DNA of 64,000 nucleotides. Origin: an uncultured Candidatus Saccharibacteria bacterium. GTDB lineage: Bacteria > Patescibacteriota > Minisyncoccia > UBA6257 > 1-14-0-10-44-23. Position 1 is the stretch's first letter, and every line of letters starts with the position of its first letter. Location: positions 142,196-206,195 of the forward strand of contig CAYMXN010000002.1 of NCBI GenBank assembly GCA_964394435.1, read 5' to 3'. Both the position numbers and the translations under genes were made by a program. Positions 37,294 to 45,881 of this stretch are shown here, piece by piece. The notes below the pieces were generated by a model that saw nothing but the letters and a program-made list of their open reading frames with translations, did not search any database and was not told the origin of the DNA.

Positions 37294-37857
37294 ATGTTGG
37301 AAGCTGAAAATGACATCATAGCCCGGGCACGCCTTGGCGATGCCCAAGCCTTTGGTCTCCTGTACGACCATTACGCGCAACCGATTTATCGGTTTATCGC
37401 CGTAAAAGTGTCGGTGAGGCAGGAGGCTGAAGATTTGCTTCACGAGGTGTTTCTTGCCGCATGGCAGAAACTCCCGGGCTACGCCTCTTATGGCTTCCCT
37501 TTTTCTAGTTGGCTGTATCGCATTGCGCGAAACCGAGTCATTGATCACTATCGGACTCGTCGAGCGCATTCGAGCTTTGATGATGAGCGCGCCCCTTCAT
37601 TAGAAGATCAGGCACTGCTTATTGATGAGCGACCTGGCGATGCGGTAGATATGAAAATCAATCTTGCGACTGTTCAGGGAGCGATAAAAGAGCTCTCTCC
37701 GGATCAGCAAGACGTACTCATCTTTAAGTTCGTTGAAGATATGGATGTGCCAGAAATTGCACATCTGATGAACAAAAAAGAAGGGACCGTTCGTATCATT
37801 CAGCATCGTGCGATTCTTCAACTCAAAAAAATTCTCGCCAAAAAGAAATCCCGTTAA
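37294..37857 (+). CDS. ECF-type RNA polymerase sigma factor (sigma-70 family, group 4)
   Basis: Region 2 (YRFIAVKV...EDLLHEVFLAAW) and region 4 HTH (MDVPEIAHLMNKKEGTVRIIQHRA) typical of ECF sigma factors. Confidence 0.85.
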   Translation: MLEAENDIIARARLGDAQAFGLLYDHYAQPIYRFIAVKVSVRQEAEDLLHEVFLAAWQKLPGYASYGFPFSSWLYRIARNRVIDHYRTRRAHSSFDDERAPSLEDQALLIDERPGDAVDMKINLATVQGAIKELSPDQQDVLIFKFVEDMDVPEIAHLMNKKEGTVRIIQHRAILQLKKILAKKKSR

Positions 37858-37858
37858 T

Positions 37859-38269
37859 ATGGAACAATCCATTATCAACATTTTAAAAGCATTTAAGCGC
37901 GCTACTCCACGGCCGGAGTTTTTGGCTTCATCTCGCCAAATCATTTTGGGTAACATTTTGGGTAAAGAGCAGCTTTCTTCTTCGCGATTTATTTCTTCAC
38001 GCGTACGTCTTTTTGAAACCCTTCGTTTTTCTACTGCGCTGGCCCTAGGTGCCGTACTCCTCTTTGTTGTTCTTGGCGGGATTAGCTATCTCCGAAATGA
38101 TTCAGGCTCGCTCGCTCGTTCGAATGAAACTATTTTGGGTGAAGCAAACTCCTTGAACCTTCAGATTCAGATTAAAGAAGCAGCATATTTCAGCAAGACT
38201 GCTGAAGATGTCGCTGTAGCGCTTGATCAAATTGCGGGTACGCCAACAGCTCCAGACGTTAAGTACTAG
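37859..38269 (+). CDS. Putative membrane-anchored anti-sigma factor (start ATG 37859, 1 nt after sigma stop)
   Basis: Genomic context directly downstream of ECF sigma; cytoplasmic N-terminus, single TM (ALALGAVLLFVVLGGISYL), extracytoplasmic tail; no sequence family recognised. Confidence 0.4.
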   Translation: MEQSIINILKAFKRATPRPEFLASSRQIILGNILGKEQLSSSRFISSRVRLFETLRFSTALALGAVLLFVVLGGISYLRNDSGSLARSNETILGEANSLNLQIQIKEAAYFSKTAEDVAVALDQIAGTPTAPDVKY

Positions 38270-38274
38270 ACGAG

Positions 38275-39102
38275 ATGAGTGTATTTCAAAAATCAATTAT
38301 CGCCGCTCTTCTGCTTACCACTTTATTTAGTGGTAGTTTTTCATTTGCAGCAGCTCAATCAGAAGAGCTTCAAGGTGCTTTAGAAAATGTTTCTGCTGGC
38401 CTTGAGAAGGTTGCCGACACAAGCAACTTGAGCAGTCTTATTGCTGATCGAGAGGCGCGCAAGGCGGCATTGGTTAAGATTTTTGATTTTTCGCTGATCG
38501 AGACTTCTGATTTGCGGAAGAAAATTGTTGCTGCTTCGTTAAATGGAAACTCACAGCTTGCGCTTGCACGGACAAAAATTCTTGCTGATCTTACTGCTTT
38601 TGCGGCTCATATCGAAACGATTAGAAAGCAGACGGCGAGCGAGACTGAAATCGCGCATGTTCAACAGACTGCGAGCGAGTTTCGTATTTGGCGTGATCAA
38701 ACATATAATCTTGGCATTAAGCGTGGATTTACCCTCCTTCTTCTTGTACGTGGCAACTCGGTACTTTCTGTTGCTGATGCGCGCTTAGCCAGTATCGTGG
38801 CTGATGTTAAGACGTTGCAAAGTCGTTTTCCTGATGAGGCGGTTAGACTGCAGGGATTTTTAGATGTTTCTTCGAAGGAGATTCGTGAGGCGCATCGAGT
38901 GTATTTGGAGGCGCAGGATCTTTTCTTAGATAGCTTTACGAGTTCAAATAATTCTTCGGATGTACTTTTCGAGATTGATCCAACTGGATCTCATGCGGCG
39001 CCAGAAAGCATCCAGTCTCTAATAAAGCAGTCGCTTGGGCATATCAGCTCTGCGTACAAGGTGTTTTTGGATATGAGTCGGCTAGCCAAGAAGCTTCTCT
39101 AG
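38275..39102 (+). CDS. Secreted hypothetical protein in sigma/anti-sigma operon
   Basis: Signal peptide MSVFQKSIIAALLLTTLFSGSFSFAAA; helical, Ala/Leu-rich; no family recognised. Confidence 0.4.
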   Translation: MSVFQKSIIAALLLTTLFSGSFSFAAAQSEELQGALENVSAGLEKVADTSNLSSLIADREARKAALVKIFDFSLIETSDLRKKIVAASLNGNSQLALARTKILADLTAFAAHIETIRKQTASETEIAHVQQTASEFRIWRDQTYNLGIKRGFTLLLLVRGNSVLSVADARLASIVADVKTLQSRFPDEAVRLQGFLDVSSKEIREAHRVYLEAQDLFLDSFTSSNNSSDVLFEIDPTGSHAAPESIQSLIKQSLGHISSAYKVFLDMSRLAKKLL

Positions 39103-39201
39103 CGTTTATTTGCTCGGTTTTACATCTGTCCTAAGCGTGGCTATAATAATGGCACGCTGTTTTTATATATCGGCGTACTAGACGGTCAATTAACATTTTC
39201 T

Positions 39202-41037
39202 ATGAATACATTTCTAAAAAATATTTTCTGGGCGATTGGGGCGTTGCTTCTGATTGCGGTCATCTTCTCGTTCTTTGTAACGGCTGATACTACGGCAAAG
39301 GTTTTTTCAATGAGCGACTTGGCCACAAAGATTAATGCGAACGAGGTTACTAAAATAGTAGTAAGCGGCAATAATCTAACGATCACCCTTAAGGATGATA
39401 CGGAGGTTAAGGCGACAAAAGAATTTGAGAGTGGCCTTACCGAGACACTTAAAAATTATGGAGTAAATCCAGTCGCTCTGCAGAAGGTGGCGCTTGAGAT
39501 TCAGGAAGATTCCGGTTCTTCATTTTGGCTTAGCGTGCTCGTGCCTTCGTTGCTTCCGATACTTATTTTCGTACTCTTCTTCTGGTTTATGCTTCGTGGC
39601 GCCAAGGGTGGGCAGAATCAGGTAATGAATTTCGGTAAGTCGAATATTCGTCTGTCACTTCCTATGGGCGAGCGCGTTACGTTTGCTCAAGTTGCAGGAC
39701 TCAAAGAAGCGAAGCAAGAGCTTGTTGAGGTTGTTGATTTCCTCAAGAATCCAAAAAAGTTTTTAGATATGGGGGCGAAGATTCCGCGCGGCGTACTTCT
39801 TATGGGAAGCCCGGGAAGTGGTAAGACGTTATTGGCTCGTGCAGTAGCTGGCGAGAGTGGCGTACCGTTCTTCCATATTTCTGCCTCTGAATTTGTAGAA
39901 ATGTTTGTTGGTGTTGGTGCTTCACGTATTCGCGATGCGTTTGCTACTGCGAAAAAAGTTGCCCCTTCTATATTATTTATTGATGAGATTGATGCGGTTG
40001 GTCGTCAGCGTGGCGCTGGTCTTGGTGGTGGACATGATGAGCGTGAACAGACTTTGAACCAGATTCTTGTTGAGATGGACGGATTTGAGCGCGAAAACAA
40101 AGTAATCGTGCTCGCGGCTACGAACCGGCCAGATATTTTAGACTCTGCCCTGCTCCGCCCAGGACGTTTCGACCGTCGGGTATTTCTTGATACGCCAGAC
40201 ATTAGCGATCGCGAAGCAATTCTGAAGATCCACGCTAAGAATAAGCCAATCGAGAAAGATGTTGATTTGCGCCGTGTCGCAGTTCGTACTCCAGGGTTTT
40301 CTGGTGCCGACCTCGAGAATCTCTTAAATGAAGCGGCTATTTTAGCTGCACGACACAACAAGAAAACGATTGCGCAGATTGATTTGTTTAATGCGATTGA
40401 AAAAGTCTTGCTTGGCCCGGAGCGTAAGGGGCGCGTTATCTCTGATCGTGAGCGAAAAGTAACGGCGTATCATGAGGCTGGGCACGCTCTTATTGCTGCT
40501 TCTCTAAAGGATGCTGACCCGGTGCACAAAGTTTCGATTATTAGTCGTGGAATGGCTGGTGGCTATACTCTCAAGTTGCCACTTGAAGAAAATCGTCTGC
40601 GTACTAAGAAGCAGTTTTTGGCCGACCTAGCGACGATGATGGGTGGGTATGCTTCAGAGCAAATTATTTTCAAGGACCTTTCGACGGGAGCTTCGAACGA
40701 TTTAAAGGAGGCGAGCTCACTCGCGCGTCGCTTAGTTACGAAGTATGGTATGAGTGAGGCGATTGGACCAGTTACATTTGGTGATAATGAAGAGTCTGTT
40801 TTCTTGGGGCGAGAGATTAGTAATGAACGCAAGTATTCAGAGGCGGTTGCTTCTCAAATCGATGGCGAGGTTTCGAAATTCTTAAATGGTGCGCACGAGT
40901 TAGCAAAGAAGATTATCAATACGCGTAAAAAGGTCCTTGATGCGATTGCAAATGCGCTCTTAGAAAAGGAGACGCTCGAGCACGAAGACTTTAATAAGTT
41001 GATTAAGGATTTAGACGTCAAGCCATTCGTTGTATAG
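39202..41037 (+). CDS. ftsH: ATP-dependent zinc metalloprotease FtsH
   Basis: Two N-terminal TMs, AAA+ Walker [17 protein letters not shown] zinc-binding motif. Confidence 0.95.
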   Translation: MNTFLKNIFWAIGALLLIAVIFSFFVTADTTAKVFSMSDLATKINANEVTKIVVSGNNLTITLKDDTEVKATKEFESGLTETLKNYGVNPVALQKVALEIQEDSGSSFWLSVLVPSLLPILIFVLFFWFMLRGAKGGQNQVMNFGKSNIRLSLPMGERVTFAQVAGLKEAKQELVEVVDFLKNPKKFLDMGAKIPRGVLLMGSPGSGKTLLARAVAGESGVPFFHISASEFVEMFVGVGASRIRDAFATAKKVAPSILFIDEIDAVGRQRGAGLGGGHDEREQTLNQILVEMDGFERENKVIVLAATNRPDILDSALLRPGRFDRRVFLDTPDISDREAILKIHAKNKPIEKDVDLRRVAVRTPGFSGADLENLLNEAAILAARHNKKTIAQIDLFNAIEKVLLGPERKGRVISDRERKVTAYHEAGHALIAASLKDADPVHKVSIISRGMAGGYTLKLPLEENRLRTKKQFLADLATMMGGYASEQIIFKDLSTGASNDLKEASSLARRLVTKYGMSEAIGPVTFGDNEESVFLGREISNERKYSEAVASQIDGEVSKFLNGAHELAKKIINTRKKVLDAIANALLEKETLEHEDFNKLIKDLDVKPFVV

Positions 41038-41110
41038 CCCCCTTTACCCGCCTGCCCAAGGCGGGTAAACTTTTGGCGGGAGTTAGGTATACTCTAGAGA
41101 GGTAGGTTTC

Positions 41111-41182
41111 GCGCGCTTAGCTCAGTGGTAGAGCAGCCGTCTTATACACGGCCGGTCCCTGGTTCGATCCCAGGAGTGCGCA
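41111..41182 (+). tRNA. tRNA-Ile with genomic anticodon TAT (UAU, decodes AUA)
   Basis: GCGCGCT acceptor (one G-U), D-arm GCTC-AGTGGTA-GAGC, anticodon stem GCCGT/ACGGC, loop CTTATAC (34-36 = TAT), T-arm CCTGG-TTCGATC-CCAGG. Confidence 0.75.
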
Positions 41183-41239
41183 CTTTCGGTAAGTTATTTT
41201 GACGATTGGCACATTTCCTGCTTAAATACGTTGGTGTCT

Positions 41240-41311
41240 GCGCTCTTAGCTCAGCGGTAGAGCAGTGCTTTTACACAGCAAAGGTCGGGGGTTCGACTCC
41301 CTCAGGGCGCA
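41240..41311 (+). tRNA. tRNA-Val (anticodon TAC)
   Basis: GCGCTCT acceptor, D-arm GCTC-AGCGGTA-GAGC, anticodon loop TTTACAC, T-arm GGGGG-TTCGACT-CCCTC, acceptor AGGGCGC-A. Confidence 0.85.
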
Positions 41312-41315
41312 CAGG

Positions 41316-41903
41316 TTAGAACTGTAATTCTGTTTCTGAAACTAAAAACCCTTCACCAAAACCGAAGGTTTTTTTGTCATCAAAAAGATACTGATGAATC
41401 AGTTCGGGATTCTTTTCCAACTCCCCTTTTGTCTTGATATACGTTTCGATTATTTTTAGACGAAATGAATGCGAGATGATTGTTATGTCCTGCTTTTTTT
41501 GAGCAAGGCATTTTGTTAATACAGTTCGAATTTCATCAAAGATTTTTTGACGAGAAATTAATAATCTATCTTCAATAAAAAGTTTTTTAAAAAGAATGCG
41601 AATGAGCGTACTCCCTTTTTGCTCCCATTCAATTTCGCTGCAGTCCTTTGTTATATCAAATGGGATTTCGCGAAGTTCAGGGAGTATTTGATTTTTTGCA
41701 TCCCCTTCGATTTTTATGGATTCTTGAGCGCGGCGTAGCGGAGAAGAAAAGACAGTGCCTTTAGTAAAAGTTATTTTTTGTGTTGCGGTACTTGCTGGAT
41801 CTTTGGTTTGAGTAAGAATGTCGGTAATGTATCGAAAAGTTTCAGCTTGTGAAAGTTGTTTTGGATATAGTTCGTATTTAAGAATTTTCGTAAAACTGAT
41901 CAT
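41316..41903 (-). CDS. AT-rich hypothetical protein with weak histidine-phosphatase (PGM/SixA branch) remnants
   Basis: SSPLRRAQES and IISHSF segments resemble His-phosphatase motifs but the N-terminal RHG is absent; GC markedly lower than neighbours. Confidence 0.35.
   Translation of the reverse strand: MISFTKILKYELYPKQLSQAETFRYITDILTQTKDPASTATQKITFTKGTVFSSPLRRAQESIKIEGDAKNQILPELREIPFDITKDCSEIEWEQKGSTLIRILFKKLFIEDRLLISRQKIFDEIRTVLTKCLAQKKQDITIISHSFRLKIIETYIKTKGELEKNPELIHQYLFDDKKTFGFGEGFLVSETELQF
41345..41385 (+). terminator. Hairpin plus T7 run downstream of tRNA-Ile/tRNA-Val pair (plus-strand terminator), overlapping the 3' end of minus-strand ORF 41316..41903
   Basis: CCTTC-ACCAAAACC-GAAGG followed by TTTTTTTG. 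Confidence 0.5.
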
Positions 41904-41950
41904 ATAGGAAATAGGTGCCAGGCGGACGGACGGAGTCCGTCCGCCTGGGC

Positions 41951-42745
41951 TTAGTAAACTGCAATCGGGTTATGGAGGATTCCTGCGCCAGTTTGGAGAT
42001 ACCACGCTAGGTTAGTTGTGGTGTGGTTGGCGATAAGCGCATTGTTGCTTTGCGCCCACGTCCCGAGCGTGAGGTATTGCGCAGCAGTGCGCAGTGTCCG
42101 AGCGAACATCTCTTCCGCCGTGAACGGTGCGATGCGCCTATACATCTCGCTTCTGGCGATTGAGTCGGTCGTAATTCGAGCAGAGAGCCCACTATCACTC
42201 CTAATTCTTTGCATCCAGAGCTTTTCTTGCTCTGCGAATTCGGGAATGACGCTTGTCATTGCGGCGACACACCAACCATCTTGCTTTACCGCAGAGGCGA
42301 TCGCTTCGATCGTCTTCCTTATTTTCGTGCGGAAGCTTTCAATCGACTCACCCACTGCCTTACGCAAACTTTCATCGTCTGCTTCTTGGTCTGCAACTGC
42401 GACCGTAACTTCGACTTCGGTGAGTACTTGGCGAGCCGCTCGCAAAAAGTCGATTTGTTTTTGTGCGAGTAGTGAGATGCCGTTGTTCAGCTGGCGAAAT
42501 GTATACTTGCCATCGCAGTGGCTGTAGTCAGGGCAAGCCGGAGCGATAATTTTTGGGCGACCTGACAGTAAGGCAAATCCGATTCGCTGCAATACTTTGC
42601 GTCCTGCGGAAGCTGGACCGCAGAGTGAGAGAATTTTCTTGAGCTGCTCTACCACTTCACTTACGCGATCAGGCGCAATCTGACTAGTGCGAGCTTGTTG
42701 AGCAAGTGAGCTGTATATCCTCTTCCAGTTGACGAGTGTCTCCAC
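41951..42745 (-). CDS. Hypothetical protein (track ORF N-terminus truncated: first ~52 codons are read-through of tRNA-Trp); putative GTG start 42745 after GGAGGAG
   Basis: ORF 41951..42901 overlaps tRNA-Trp 42775..42850; no ATG between tRNA and residue ~200; Cys-containing PACPDYSHCDGKY segment; no family recognised. Confidence 0.35.
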   Translation of the reverse strand: METLVNWKRIYSSLAQQARTSQIAPDRVSEVVEQLKKILSLCGPASAGRKVLQRIGFALLSGRPKIIAPACPDYSHCDGKYTFRQLNNGISLLAQKQIDFLRAARQVLTEVEVTVAVADQEADDESLRKAVGESIESFRTKIRKTIEAIASAVKQDGWCVAAMTSVIPEFAEQEKLWMQRIRSDSGLSARITTDSIARSEMYRRIAPFTAEEMFARTLRTAAQYLTLGTWAQSNNALIANHTTTNLAWYLQTGAGILHNPIAVY

Positions 42746-42774
42746 GTCTCCTCCAATCTTTTTCGTAAGAGTAA

Positions 42775-42850
42775 TGGCACGCGCTGAAGGAGTCGAACCT
42801 CCAACCTTCGGATTTGGAATCCGGTGCTCTACCAGTTGAGCTAAGCGCGT
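42775..42850 (-). tRNA. tRNA-Trp (anticodon CCA), 3' CCA encoded
   Basis: ACGCGCT/AGCGCGT acceptor, D-arm GCTC-AACTGGTA-GAGC, anticodon loop TTCCAAA, T-arm GGAGG-TTCGACT-CCTTC, discriminator G + CCA. Confidence 0.85.
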
Positions 42851-42972
42851 GCGCAAGTTTGAAACGCCGCTCTCAAAGAGCGGACGCTGCGTTTTATTCA
42901 AAGCGCAATGTTCGATCTTTGAGATATATATATTTTTGCCACCAATTTATTTTCATATAGAAATGCCTTGAG

Positions 42973-43263
42973 TTATTTTTTTAACGCGTCTTTGAATCCG
43001 CCCTTGGAGTTGATAAGCGCCTTTGCGCCGCGGATTATTGTTGCGATACTCACATGAAGTTCGGCGGCGATATCGCGCTGCGGCATTCCACTCGCAATTC
43101 GTTTTACAATTTGCCAACGCGCCACGAGTTCGTGGAGCTCTGAAGGAGTAAGGAGGTCAGCAAGTAGTGCGCGAAGCGAGCTCTCGTTTTTTGCAGCAGA
43201 GAGAAATAGTTGCACAAGCTCATCCCCTTCCCGTTTTCCGATATTAGCGTTTTTGTTTCTCAT
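42973..43263 (-). CDS. TrpR-like / YerC-YecD family DNA-binding protein
   Basis: LLTPSELHELVARWQIVKRIASGMPQRDIAAELHVSIATIIRGAKAL matches Trp-repressor-like YerC/YecD fold. Confidence 0.65.
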   Translation of the reverse strand: MRNKNANIGKREGDELVQLFLSAAKNESSLRALLADLLTPSELHELVARWQIVKRIASGMPQRDIAAELHVSIATIIRGAKALINSKGGFKDALKK

Positions 43264-43528
43264 GTATCAATGTACTAGTACATTGTATATGAGCCAATAT
43301 GTTCGTCAAGTACCTATGATGCGTAATGGGTGTCTGTGCCAACAAGTTATATAGATACTTGTCTGTGTGATTTTTAGACGGGATAGATCTCGAGTATAAC
43401 CACTTACTTCTCATGCATTCGTTCACCCCCTGAAGCCGACTTGTTAGATTCGGGATGTATTCTCGGTGTCCTCGTATTCCCCTTTTATTCATAATCCGGC
43501 AAAGCGACTATTTGCCGGATTATCTATT

Positions 43529-43566
43529 GGCTAATCTGTGAAACAAATTTGTTTCACAGATTAGCC
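43529..43566. repeat. 38-bp perfect palindrome GGCTAATCTGTGAAACAAATTTGTTTCACAGATTAGCC containing everted parS half-sites
   Basis: Read directly; both halves exact reverse complements. Confidence 0.9.
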
Positions 43567-43706
43567 TCTGAAATAGAGGGTTTTCGCTGTGAAACAAAAT
43601 GTGAAACACTCTACAGTGTTCAGCTGTGTTTTTCGCGAAGTGTTTATCGTGAAACATTGTTTATCGCTTTTTTACTGTTGTTTCACGGTTTTTTTACCCT
43701 GTAATT

Positions 43707-43722
43707 TGTTTCACGTGAAACA
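43707..43722. promoter_or_regulatory. parS site 1 (TGTTTCACGTGAAACA, perfect consensus ParB/Spo0J centromere site)
   Basis: Exact match to chromosomal parS consensus tGTTtCACGTGAAACa. Confidence 0.85.
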
Positions 43723-43894
43723 ACCCGTCTTGTCGCCGCCGGATCTTACTTTCCATTTCCGGCAGATTTTTATTTCGCATCTCTAGGCACCATGCTTGCT
43801 GTTTATCGTGAAACATCGTCATTGGTTTTTTGTTTATAAACTTTGATGTTTTTCGTTAAATTGGTTCCATATCGCTTGCTTCTACCGAGATCAT

Positions 43895-43910
43895 TGTTTG
43901 ACGTGAAACA
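43895..43910. promoter_or_regulatory. parS-like site with one mismatch (TGTTTGACGTGAAACA)
   Basis: 15/16 match to parS. Confidence 0.6.
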
Positions 43911-43951
43911 CTACCATTGGCTTCTGTTTTACAATTTTTTACCCTGTAATT

Positions 43952-43967
43952 TGTTTCACGTGAAACA
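43952..43967. promoter_or_regulatory. parS site 2 (TGTTTCACGTGAAACA)
   Basis: Exact consensus; embedded in a ~230-bp degenerate direct repeat shared with site 1 (TTTTTACCCTGTAATTTGTTTCACGTGAAACA). Confidence 0.85.
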
Positions 43968-44042
43968 TGCTGGTTGGTAGTTATTGTTTTTCGATTTCTT
44001 TCTTTGCTGTAAAACATTACCGCTGTTTTTCACCCAGTTACT

Positions 44043-44058
44043 TGTTTCACGTGAAACA
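44043..44058. promoter_or_regulatory. parS site 3 (TGTTTCACGTGAAACA)
   Basis: Exact consensus. Confidence 0.85.
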
Positions 44059-44112
44059 AGTAACCTGGTAAAATTGAATTAGATTACGTTAACCATAAGG
44101 AACACATAAATG

Positions 44113-44128
44113 TGTTTCACGTGAAACA
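44113..44128. promoter_or_regulatory. parS site 4 (TGTTTCACGTGAAACA) immediately upstream of yraN
   Basis: Exact consensus. Confidence 0.85.
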
Positions 44129-44135
44129 CTGCGCT

Positions 44136-44522
44136 ATGAAAAATACCACAAGCATCGGATCGTTGGGCGAAGATATCGCTTGCGACTTTTTAAAGAAGAG
44201 GGGACAAAAAATTCTTTTTCGAAATGTTCGTCTTACGGGTGGAGAGCTGGATATTGTTTCACGTGAAACATCGGGCTTGGTATTGTTTGTTGAAGTTAAG
44301 ACTATTCAGGGTTCGGATGATACATTTCGTCCAGAAGATAATTTTTCACTTAGTAAGAAAAAGAATATGGATCGTGCCATACAGTTGTTTAGCGTGAAAC
44401 ATCCAGAATTGTTTAACGAAAAGTTGGGGTGGCGAGCTGATCTTATAACGATTCGAATTAAGAATAGCTTATTGACAGATTATAATAAAGATTGCGAAAT
44501 AAATTATTATGAAAATGTATAG
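44136..44522 (+). CDS. yraN: YraN-family (UPF0102) predicted endonuclease; start set to ATG 44136 (track GTG 44112 lies inside a parS site)
   Basis: SLGEDIACDFLKKRGQKILFRNVRLTGGELDIVSRE...VFVEVKT matches YraN/UPF0102 PD-(D/E)xK motifs. Confidence 0.7.
   Translation: MKNTTSIGSLGEDIACDFLKKRGQKILFRNVRLTGGELDIVSRETSGLVLFVEVKTIQGSDDTFRPEDNFSLSKKKNMDRAIQLFSVKHPELFNEKLGWRADLITIRIKNSLLTDYNKDCEINYYENV
44255..44270. promoter_or_regulatory. parS site 5 (TGTTTCACGTGAAACA) inside the yraN coding sequence (encodes D-I-V-S-R-E-T)
   Basis: Exact consensus in frame within CDS. Confidence 0.85.
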
Positions 44523-44652
44523 TTCGTTGCCGAATTATTGCCGGATTACTTGACAGAAAATTTTCTTACGGTAAGATGAACGTATCTGAAAGGTCGCCTC
44601 GTTGGCGGCCTTTCGTCGTATTTATTACCAAAATTAATTAATAAAAATTCAC

Positions 44653-45855
44653 ATGTTGATGGATTTAAAAACAATCAAGCGTGCGATTGAGCAGGTTTCT
44701 GAAGAGAAGGGTATTAATCCAGATCGCGTTGTAGAAGCGATTGAATCTTCGATTGCCGCCGCGTACAAAAAAGAATATGAGAAGAAAGGAGAAATTATTA
44801 AAGCTCGTTTTGATTTAAAAACTGGCGAGCTTAAGTTTTGGCAGGTGAAGTCGGTCGTTGATGAGACGACGGTTCGTATGCCGGTTGAGGGTGAGGTTGT
44901 TGAAGAAGAGCCGGTCGTTGAGGGTGTCGTAGGCGAAGAGAAGCTTCCACGATTTAATTCTGATCGTCATATGCTTCTTGCCGATGCAAAGAAAATCAAA
45001 AAAGATGTTTCGCTCGGCGATGAGCTTGAGTTTCCGCTCGAGTCACATGAAGATTTTGGTCGCATCGCTGCGCAGGCTGCGAAACAAGTTATTTTACAGC
45101 GTCTACGCGAAGCAGAGCGTGAATCGATTGTTCGTGAGTTCAAGGGTCGCGAAGGTGAGATCGTTTCTGGTCTGGTGCAGCGCATGGATCGCGGCAATGT
45201 GTTTATCGACCTTGGTCGCGCAACGGCAGTAATGCCGTACGGCGAGACAATTCCAGGTGAGCACTACCGAGTAAATGAACGATTGAAGTTTCTTATTTTG
45301 AGTGTACAAGATGATGCGCGCATGCCAGGTATTTTACTCTCGCGCTCACACCCGAAATTTGTTGGTAAGCTTTTTGAGCTCGAAATTCCTGAAATTACTG
45401 ATGGAACGATTGAGATTAAGGGGATTGCGCGTGAACCAGGTAGCCGTACGAAGGTTGCTGTAGTGAGTAAGGTGGATGGTGTTGATCCGGTTGGAAGCTG
45501 CGTAGGTCAGCGTGGCACTCGCGTTATGGCGGTCAGCAATGAACTTGGTCAGGAGAAGATTGATATCATCGAGTGGAGTGAAGACCCGGGTCGCTTTATC
45601 GCCGCCTCACTTTCTCCTGCTAAAGTTGAAGAAGTAGAGGTTTTGCCAAATCACGAGGCGCGCGTATTTTTACCGAATGATCAGCTTTCGCTTGCTATTG
45701 GCCGTGGCGGACAGAACGTTCGTCTCGCTGCTAAGCTCTCCGGTTGGAAGATTGATGTTCGCAGTCGAACCAACCCAGATGAGGCGGTTGATGGTGGCGT
45801 TGCCGAGGCTGCGGTTGTTGCCGAGAAAGATCCAGATGATAAGGTGAGTGAGTAG
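44653..45855 (+). CDS. nusA: Transcription termination/antitermination factor NusA
   Basis: N-terminal RNAP-binding domain, S1 domain, two KH domains (GQRGTRVMAVSNELGQEKIDII; IGRGGQNVRLAAKLSGWKIDV). Confidence 0.9.
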   Translation: MLMDLKTIKRAIEQVSEEKGINPDRVVEAIESSIAAAYKKEYEKKGEIIKARFDLKTGELKFWQVKSVVDETTVRMPVEGEVVEEEPVVEGVVGEEKLPRFNSDRHMLLADAKKIKKDVSLGDELEFPLESHEDFGRIAAQAAKQVILQRLREAERESIVREFKGREGEIVSGLVQRMDRGNVFIDLGRATAVMPYGETIPGEHYRVNERLKFLILSVQDDARMPGILLSRSHPKFVGKLFELEIPEITDGTIEIKGIAREPGSRTKVAVVSKVDGVDPVGSCVGQRGTRVMAVSNELGQEKIDIIEWSEDPGRFIAASLSPAKVEEVEVLPNHEARVFLPNDQLSLAIGRGGQNVRLAAKLSGWKIDVRSRTNPDEAVDGGVAEAAVVAEKDPDDKVSE

Positions 45856-45881
45856 TATTAATTTAATTCGTATACATATAT

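Noticed and set aside
42746-42901. N-terminal 52 codons of track ORF 41951..42901 (MNKTQRPLFESGVSNLRTRLAQLVEHRIPNPKVGGSTPSARAI...)
   Set aside because: This stretch is a translation of the tRNA-Trp gene (42775..42850) on the same strand. The gene was truncated to a downstream start.
44112-44135. GTG start at 44112 for yraN (MFHVKHCAM...)
   Set aside because: The first codons are a translation of parS site 4. The in-frame ATG at 44136 gives a canonical YraN N-terminus (MKNTTSIGSLGEDIA).
43529-44270. Possible CRISPR array suggested by repeated TGTTTCACGTGAAACA units
   Set aside because: The repeats are 16-bp perfect palindromes with irregular spacing (245, 91, 70, 142 bp) and no cas genes. 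They match the ParB parS consensus, not a CRISPR repeat-spacer structure.
43513-44548. 11-nt direct repeat TTGCCGGATTA at 43513 and 44538 flanking the parS array + yraN
   Set aside because: An exact match this short could arise by chance. The first copy is part of a local hairpin (AATCCGGCAAA...TTTGCCGGATT). There is no target-site-duplication context.
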